Below, in pieces: positions 55,111 to 64,000 of a stretch of 64,000 nt of DNA. The notes beneath the pieces were generated by a model, which was not told the origin of the DNA, ran no database searches, and was given only the letters and a program-made list of their open reading frames with translations. Source of the stretch: Octopus vulgaris (taxonomy: Eukaryota); assembly GCA_951406725.2 (NCBI GenBank), contig OX597814.1, forward strand, positions 63,674,001 to 63,738,000. The letters run 5' to 3'. The position numbers and the translations under genes are program-made. The stretch's first letter is position 1, and each line of letters starts with the position of its first letter.

Positions 55111-55479
55111 TATATATATATATATGCATGCATACATATATATATATATATATATGCATGCATACATATATATATATATATGTCTTATATGTATGTGTGT
55201 AAATATAAATATATATATGTGTCTTATATATATGTGTGTAAATATAAATATGCACATAGTAGAAACAAATAAGATGAAGTAAACAAAACAGAAAATTTTA
55301 TGTTGGAAAACATATGTATACATCTATGAAATAACATATTTACATAGTCGACTGCTTTCGTTGATGCTAAACAACTTATGGGTAAATTATTAGCTTAAGT
55401 TAAATTGGTTAACTATTTACATACAAGGAAACTGGGCAGAGATTTTTTGTTGGGAAATAAGCATACACACATACATGCA

Positions 55480-55491
55480 TATGTATATATA

Positions 55492-55567
<76 letters not shown>

Positions 55568-55598
55568 CATATATATAATATATACATGCGTATGTATG

Positions 55599-55629
<31 letters not shown>

Positions 55630-55668
55630 GAATATACATATATATAGGTATATATGTATATACGCATG

Positions 55669-55755
<87 letters not shown>

Positions 55756-55792
55756 GTATATATATATAGATATATATATATATATATATAAA
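55480..55792. repeat. (TA)n microsatellite block
   Basis: Direct inspection. Confidence 0.9.
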
Positions 55793-56528
55793 TAACTCTG
55801 TGTGAGTAGTATACAATTCTGCCAATCCGAAGCGGTGATCTTAAGGGTGAATCTTATTCTATATTATGGTATTTCAAACCAGGCAGAACTTAGTGTTCAT
55901 AGTTGTATGAAACGTTTTACCCAGTTCATGTATTCTTTCAAATTATTGCGTAGACCAACTTACAAGCTAAACGTTCGTTTGTACACTGTCTTTGCTTTGA
56001 GTAAAAATATTCGCATATTGTCACGGACGGTTGTATCCTCCCACCGGACAAATGTACTTGGTTTCTGAAACCCCCTTCTGGTTAAATTTAAAATTCTAAG
56101 TTCTGACACAATACCATAGAGTGTTACCATATGTATCTCTGAATTTCTCTCAACTGCAAACAACATAGTGAATTATTAACAATTAGTTGTTAATGTTTTC
56201 ATAAATATTCACTAAAATCTATGAAACCTATAATCTTTGATAAAAGATTACCAGAATAACGAAGGATACTTTTGAAACTTATCTGTCAGTCGTCAGCTAC
56301 ACATTGCACTTACAAGCCAGCCGCAGTGCTAACCGACAACACCCAGCACTGAACCCCATGTATCTACAAAAAGACCCAAGGAGCCCAAACCAATCAACAG
56401 CTATTGGGAGCATCAACGGATGTGAACCAAGCAATAAGAAAGATTCTTAATAGACATCAAGTGCCTTACTTAGAAGCAGTGAAAGCTTGAAGAGATTTCC
56501 TCGTTTAAATTATTGCAATTTTGATTCT

Positions 56529-56565
<37 letters not shown>

Positions 56566-56869
56566 TATGAACACATAATGCGGTTATGCATTTGACGTAG
56601 TGTGTAAATGTAACTAGATATAATATAGTAATGATTCAATGTGCTGTAGACAAATATAATCTGAAAAGTGTCGGCTGAGTTTTATTAGCATGTACGTACG
56701 CTTGTATATTTATACGTGCATACAAATGTATGATATAAGAATATTTATAAATAAATGCAATAAAATACATTAGGAAATGCCTCTGGGACAGTAGGTTAAT
56801 AATCTTACGCATTTCTGAAAAGCAAAAACATCTTGTATTACAACTATAAAACGTAATAAAATATATTTT

Positions 56870-56885
56870 AATAATAATAACTATA

Positions 56886-56916
<31 letters not shown>

Positions 56917-56962
56917 GGAGGAGGAGGAGGAGGATAACAACAACAACAACAACAATAATAAT

Positions 56963-57032
<70 letters not shown>
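56870..57032. repeat. (GAT)(GAG)(CAA)(AAT)n compound trinucleotide repeat
   Basis: Direct inspection. Confidence 0.9.
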
Positions 57033-57585
57033 GCCCTGATGCAATACCAGACAGTGTCTCTCATGTTTCCTGATTTTAAATGATTGGAAGTGTTATCATG
57101 TACATTTTCTTGTCTTGGTATAAATGATGGGCTACAGAAAATATTCTACTCAATACCACAGATTTGCTTCTCAGTTGTCTGACCATAACCAGTTGAGCGT
57201 GTCCCTTTGTGGGAGACGATATATGAATCTCTGATCACGCGCAGAAGTAGTGGGGGAGAATCAGAGCCATGTATCGCGAGGGATTTCTTGGGGTTTGAAT
57301 AATTCATCTCTGGAAACATGGGTGTTTCGTTCAACATCCTTAAACAACCCTTATTCAGGGACCTTTTGAGCGGGATGGGCTACTCGACAAGAAGAAAATC
57401 CTACCTGGGCCCCACCTGCAAGGTTATGCGCTGTTTATCTTGATATGAGATCACCATGTCGCGCACATATGGTTGTGATGCATGTGCCTAGTGTACCCTT
57501 ATCAGACGGGTAGTCATGATGGGTATATACTTCATATATTTTACCTCAGTGTCACTTTGATGGAATGCACTGCTCTCTCATTCAA
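57033..57585. mobile_element. Unclassified non-coding element of about 550 bp embedded between (AAT)n and (GAT)n
   Basis: Sharp transitions from and to trinucleotide tracts; higher GC; no ORF motif. Confidence 0.4.
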
Positions 57586-58339
57586 TGATGATGATGATGA
57601 TGAGGAGGAGGAGGAGGAGAGGGAGGGGGGAGAGGAGGAGGACGACGACGAGGAGAAGGAAGGAGAAGAGGAGGGCGTAGAAGAGTTGGTTGTGGTTGAG
57701 GTGATTGATATTAATATTACATATGGTGCAAGGGCATGTGCTGAAAAGCGTTAATAAGTAAAGCAACAACGATAATGATGACGAAAACTACGAGGACGTC
57801 GACGATGATGATGACATCTTTAATAGGCCCTAGATTCGAAATATAATGAGAATTAAATCAAAAGGATCGTGCTCGTAACCAATAACAGTAATTACAAACA
57901 AAAGTTCATACGTAATTACTCGGCAGTTCAACAGAATTTTCTACGTTGTAATCATTCCACTCTCTCGAAAAGTGTTTCCCATAATTCTGCCTTGATAAAT
58001 GTCTAGAAGAATGAGCTTCTTTCTCTAAAAGAAGTACTAAAAGCAACAAAATAAAATAGATTCAAAAGCGTTGCTGATATAGGTAAGAGAAGAGGAGCTA
58101 ATCGATTGCATCGACTCCAGTACATAAACGATACTGTAATTTTCGAATCCTGAAGGACGGAATAATTATTTGAACTCAGCTGTATATGGTCTCAGAATGT
58201 AAAGTGCGCGAAAAAATAACATTAGGAATTTTGTTGATACTATCATGATTACACAAGAATTAAATGGATGTGGAATAAAGCAGACACTGAAACAGAGACA
58301 TCGATATCGACAACACATATACGAACACTCCAGAAGCTG

Positions 58340-59890
58340 TGGTCTTCGAGATCAATTCCCTACTATTTCTGACGGACTATGTGGGGCCGACGTTCTGTTT
58401 GCGATCCAGACGTCCAATAACCGCGAACTAGAACGACTAGAAAAAGAATCAGATATATATTTTTTAAATATGGGCCTTAGCATCTCTTTTAGTTCCAGTA
58501 TTTAACCTACTAATTTCTTAGATGTCGTTCTAGCTTTACAAAACAACACATACTATCCAAACCATTAACCTGGGAAGAACCTTAACTACGTTAGCTTTTC
58601 TTCATATTACCCACTATCTGTCATAAAATCCATCATAAACAGCGAATATTATCCGCCAGTAAAGAAATTTTCGAGCAATACGCTGAATATTACAATTGCG
58701 CCCTACAATGCACCGGATATAAAACTCCGCATGATTACTTCTCTATATGGAATGATCGTTTCTTCACAGAACCTGGCATCATAGATACCACTGCCCCTTT
58801 CGATAAAATCCGAAGTATCCCCAGTATTCCACCCTTCACCTATACTCACACATTTAACCTTAGAAGGAAACCTAATAGGCACCCATCCGACCCTGTGATC
58901 CTAGATCCCGATCCGCCGCTGCCCATCGAAACTACACAAGACCGCACCTCCGTGCCCCAAGCTATACTTGGGTAAGCCTGTCAAACGGAATAAGCGGACC
59001 AGCACACGCGGCGTAATCTGGTTCCACCCACCCTTTGCCCTTAATATTCAGACCAGATTACCAAAGCTCTTCTTTATCCAATTTGATAAACATTTTCCTA
59101 GGTCCAGTTCCCTTCGAAAAATCTTCAACCCCCAATCAATCAAATTTTCCTACTCAACCACAACTAACATAACCGCTTTAATCCGACATCTGAACAATAA
59201 GAAACTTGGTAACAAGCAATTAGTTAACTTTAATCATGATAACGCAACTCACTCTAACTTCCATTCCCCCACCTTTAATCCTAAGATATCCTTAAACCTC
59301 CTTACCAATACCGACCTTCACACTACTAACCGTAATCCTAAATTTCTACCCTTCCAAACCCGCTATACCCACTACCGAAATAGGCAATGATTGAAATAAT
59401 ATTAGATAGGAGGACTTTTACAACCTACTTCCCTCGGACGACTCCCTCACTAGCCTAAAAAATCTTAATCCTAACGCCGCGGCATATAATATATGTAATA
59501 CCAGGTTAACTCCATATAATCATAACCCTGAAAATTCCACTTTACACCTTCTAGAATCCAGTGCCTCACAAAAAATGTTGAATATAAATTACGGTATTAA
59601 GTAAGAATTTCAATTATGTAAACATTGGATCGTGCAGCACCACATTCAAGTTCAGAGTCGGTAACCATTATTCTAGCTTCAAATCTCAAGTAAGAATTAA
59701 CAGCACTCCTTTATATATAAGCTTTATCATAGCTTATTGATAACCTTATATATAAACTTTATCATAGCTTATTGATAACCTAAAACAAAACTCAATTCTA
59801 TACAATTTATAATGGTCCATACTTACTCATGCCAAACTATATAACGGTTATAACAAATGCGATCTCTACATCGCCAAAAAATACAATTAT
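58340..59890 (+). mobile_element. Decayed Penelope-like element (RT, linker, GIY-YIG)
   Basis: RELERLEK...GLSI...NFLDVVL; RGVIWFHPPFALNIQT...DKHFP...KIFN...FSYS; IGSCSTTFKFRVGNHYSSFK; WSILTHAKLYNGYNKCDL. Confidence 0.8.
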
Positions 59891-59898
59891 ACAATTAG

Positions 59899-60520
59899 CT
59901 ACGGTGATGTGTAAAATACTCGCTTCTGTTTGGCTAAAACACCTAACATTTGCAAATTTCGTCAGTTTACAATTATCTTAAAATGTATTTAATGTATCAT
60001 ACAGATGTCATTTTTGACGCTGAATCCGAATTTGTTATTTATTTATTCCAGTAAAATTTTGCAAAAATGTTACATTTGTTCAAAGTTTGATAAATTCCAG
60101 AATTTCCAGTCAGTCAAAAAACAACGCGTTTGCTGCCTCTTCCTTCACTAATGGTAGTGGTGATGGTTAAGGGGGTCATCGTCATGTCAAAACATTCCTA
60201 GAAATAACTGACAAAACATTAACATACACACGAATGTCGTTTACATTATAACATTCACGAGCAGAGATGAAACGCATCTTTGGTTATTATGGAAACAAAG
60301 TTTTTCGCTACGGTGATGTGTAAAATACTCGCTTCTGATGGCTAAAACACTCAACTTTTGCAAATTTTAAAGACTAATACATTTTTAATATTGGATTTAT
60401 ATGAAAAATGAATTTCATTTTCATAATTTGTGTACAAAACGTAATCCATATACCAAATTTGAAAACAATTGGAGCAAAATTGTCAACAGTGACGAAAACC
60501 ACAAAGATCCCAAAGTAGTT
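59899..60520. mobile_element. Probable DNA-transposon fragment with a direct repeat of about 60 bp (59899 / 60308)
   Basis: ctacggtgatgtgtaaaatactcgcttctg...ggctaaaacac..tttgcaaattt present twice. Confidence 0.4.
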
Positions 60521-60667
60521 GTTTGATTCTTACGTTTGGTGCATATAATTGAAAATCTTAGCCGCTAAGTCATTCATGAATTGATTGATGAGTGCTATTT
60601 TCCGTCGCAAGCATACGAGTGGAGGTGCACTACATTGTTATTAGTATACACATACATACACACACAC

Positions 60668-60720
<53 letters not shown>

Positions 60721-61337
60721 TCTAATGTTGAGAATCAAGTCAATGAATCTCCGCTGGTAAAAATCATCCGGAATAGGTAAGTGTGGGAGTGCATCAAAGA
60801 CGATATCAAACGATGGACTCGAAACAAGGCACTGGCTGGTTGTCTGCATAAACCACAAGACATGAAAGTGAAGAGTCTTAGAAAGCGAACTCTTGGACAT
60901 TCGAAGGTAACTCGGCTGAAGACTAATACATATTCACATATGTACTTATGATTTATAAGGTTCTAGTTTGTGACAGTTAGGTAGTAGGTTGATATGCCGG
61001 AAGTTAACAAGGAAGAAAAATAGTGGGGAGAATAATGGAGTTCTGTTATGCAATCACTAATATGTTCGCTTGGCAAGCGTTACGAAATTCATCTTTCGTA
61101 TTTGCTATTTCTGTCTCAGTTTGGAGCGTATAATATCTAATATAATTTTACATTTTAATCCAATGTTTCCAATCGTTGTCAGCACTTAAAACTATGCATA
61201 TTTGAAGCCAAGGAATGAATACAAACACAATTATTAAATTATATTGTGTAAGTGAGGGAAAAGACTAAGAAAAATAATTGTTGTTTGGTAGCCGACTAGT
61301 CTGCAAAAATAAAATGAAATTAAATGATGATAATATC

Positions 61338-61389
<52 letters not shown>

Positions 61390-62024
61390 ATATAAGTGTG
61401 TGTGTGTGAGTGTGTGTGTATTTATGTACGTGTGTATTTATGAACGTGTGTATGTTTATGTATGTATGTATTGTGTGCGTGTGTGTAAGCAAAGTGAGTA
61501 ATACGATCCGTAAAATTGGATTCTACTTTGCTTTAATCAGATAGATGCAATCGGCAATAAAACATATTAAACGCTGGCAATAACATTGGTTTGAAAGATA
61601 AAAATTCAGTACTATTTTACAAACAATTTTACACGCAATAAATATGTGACTTTTGGGTGGTGGATTGCCAGGAACTTTGGAACGTCTGACAAAACGCCAT
61701 ACGGTGTTTAGCTATGTCTCTCTACTTTCTGACATGAAATCTCACTGGGATGGATTTTGAATTCCATGATTCTGGTCTTCATGAAAGTAGGTATCTGTTA
61801 ACTATTGGTGTAATGGCCCTATGTTAGAAATAAATAAAGACAGAAGAAAAAAAGAAAAAGAAATAGCTTTTGGGACGTCAATTGCTTGACTCCTTTTCGA
61901 ATCCTGGCGAAAGTAATTCTATATTAACAAGACGTTAAAATCTATGAAAATGTTGCTTCTTTTGAAGTAACTATTAGAGATATATATTTAGTGTGTGTAT
62001 AGGGAAGAATAAACTAATATTTGT

Positions 62025-62205
62025 TTCAAATTTTGGCACAAAGCCACTAATTTCGGGAGAGTGGGGTAAGTTGATTACAACGACCTTGGTATTCAATTGG
62101 TACTTATTTTATCCATCTCGAAAGGATAAAAGGCAAAGCCGACCTCGGCAGCATTTGAACTCAGAATGTAAATATGCTGGAAATGCCAAACATTTTGCTC
62201 GGTGT
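62025..62205 (-). mobile_element. SINE family A, diverged copy
   Basis: ggtacttattttatccatctcgaaaggataaaaggcaaagccgacctcggc. Confidence 0.7.
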
Positions 62206-63005
62206 GTGTTTCTGTCATACTCAAATTTAGAAAACAAACCTCTAAAGTTAGAAATGTATTGTTTTTCTTGTGCAGATGAGCTATCATGAATTTTTAAAAT
62301 CAAATTCACATTTGATATTTCAAAACGTTGATATGACATTCGCTTTTGCTTTAATGGTTCTGAAAATGGTGATTGGTACTTCTCCTTTATCATCTTTCAG
62401 TTGATATTTTTTATTTGTCCTTCACTATGGAATATTTAAAGCAACATTAAATCTTGGTACCTGAGATTAATCGCAGAATGTTCATATTATAGTTACCATT
62501 GTCATTGTCGCACGCCTCGCACCGCTTAAAGATAGTTACCATCTTGTATTTATGGAAATTTGCGTAAACTGTTTGAAAAGTTCATTCTCCTGTTGATGCA
62601 ACAAAGTTTCAGCTGAACTGACTGAACCAGTGTGAAATGAAGTGCCTTGCTCAAGAACAGAATATGGTGACTGATTCTAGAATCAAATCCATGTCCTCAC
62701 CATCGGACAATCCAACAGTCTAACCACTAGACCACGCTCATTCATCCAGTTTAATACTTCTTTTTATGGCTTAGTCAAATGAAAGAGGTACTGGGCTATA
62801 ACCTTGGAAGTCTTGTCTCATAATTGTACGTCTGTAGGAGATAGGCATATGAAGTGATGTGGTTAAAAATATGCACTTTGGGAGATAACTATGGGTGATT
62901 TATAGTCGAAGTGTCAAGAGACGTGCAGACGAGTGTTTGACGTGAGCGGGAGGACGAAATTGTTTTACGTATCTTATAAGCTCCTGAGGTATTTATGCAT
63001 ATACA

Positions 63006-63087
<82 letters not shown>

Positions 63088-63104
63088 CATACATATATAT
63101 GTAT

Positions 63105-63651
63105 ATGGTGGCTGCCCCCTCGTTATCGAGTATGGCCATTGCGCGAAGCTTAATCAATGTTGTTATCGTGCAATGCCTGTGCAAGAAGATTTTTTTTAAA
63201 GTGAGGAAAGGCTGTGCACTGAGTCAATCCCACTCACTAAGCAACAGGAGCCATAATCCTAAAAGAAGAACAACTCAACATCATCGGTAACCACTGAGCC
63301 GAAAGTTTTATGTCGGAGTTATCCCAGTTACCAGAGTTACCTTCTCCCAGAAGGATGCCCTAACAAAGGCTAGGAGTCCTTCACTCCCAATGGTTTAACC
63401 GCGCGATCGGGGTATTCAGTCCGATTATTTCTATGTCCCTGCGTATGATACAGCCTTAAGACATTTATTGGATGGCCGTTGACTCTTAAGAGTTCCTCCG
63501 CCCTTTGACGGGCTTTGTTTTTCATCCCGCAGGGTGTCCAATAAACATCCTCCTCACCAAGCAAGCTTGGTGGGGTTGCCGGTTTAGTCGCCGACGACCC
63601 AACCATGCAACAGGTTGTACTGGGTTACATGTTACCAGTAGCACTCGAAAG
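63105..63651 (-). mobile_element. Non-coding RTE-5'UTR-like element between (TA)n tracts
   Basis: ccttctcccagaaggatgccctaacaaaggctaggag resembles a motif of RTE 5' regions; hairpin-rich; GC higher than flanks. Confidence 0.45.
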
Positions 63652-64000
63652 TATATATATATATATATATATAGCTATATAATATATTATAACTAATATA
63701 TATATATAGTTATATTATGCCATGTACATGCCAGAAATATACGTCAAATGACTCTAGGAACCACTTCAAAATACATTCGAAAGTTGAGGAAAGGAATAAA
63801 AGAGATTTAGTAAAATTTTTTAAGGTTAATTTTAGATCATGTGATTTCTGCTTTAGTAATACGATTACTTTGCTGTCATCAGTAGAATATACCAAAAGCA
63901 TATAAATGTAAATATATACATACATACCCATACACATATATATGAATATATACTCATACATATATTTACACGCACATACGAGGCAGATCCGATTATATAT

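Noticed and set aside
55345-55385. Minus-strand gttg..caac GAAA gcag TC hammerhead-like motif
   Set aside because: First core box CCCATAA has three mismatches and stem I does not pair.
59716-59781. Tandem duplication of about 35 bp inside the PLE remnant (also 18-bp at 42943-42978 and 44-bp at 25967-26054)
   Set aside because: Ordinary slippage-type duplications in dead elements.

Overview
AT-rich eukaryotic non-coding DNA, almost entirely repeats. The SINE families and the dense (TA)n/(TATG)n/(AAT)n microsatellites suggest a cephalopod (octopus-like) genome; this is inference from recognition, not a search. I recognised no host protein-coding exon. The window holds decayed R4/Dong-type RLE LINEs inside (TAA)n tracts, CR1/L2-group and RTE LINEs, three full-length TIR-bounded mariners plus Tc1/maT fragments, several tRNA-derived SINE families, and at least five Penelope-like (PLE; RT/GIY-YIG) remnants. 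The most notable signal is more than ten minimal type I hammerhead-ribozyme (HHR) motifs (best: 45674-45761 +, 46142-46196 -, 54835-54925 +). They occur in non-coding tandem-plus-foldback elements between (TA)n tracts (51815-52837, 54059-55110), in PLE 3' ends, and in the tail of a tRNA-headed SINE (51178-51550). Together these suggest a diverse PLE-dependent, retrozyme-like population. There is also a perfect 82-bp locally templated inverted insertion with a 27-bp target duplication (7009-7142 vs 8668-8749). All structures were paired by eye; none is computationally or experimentally validated.
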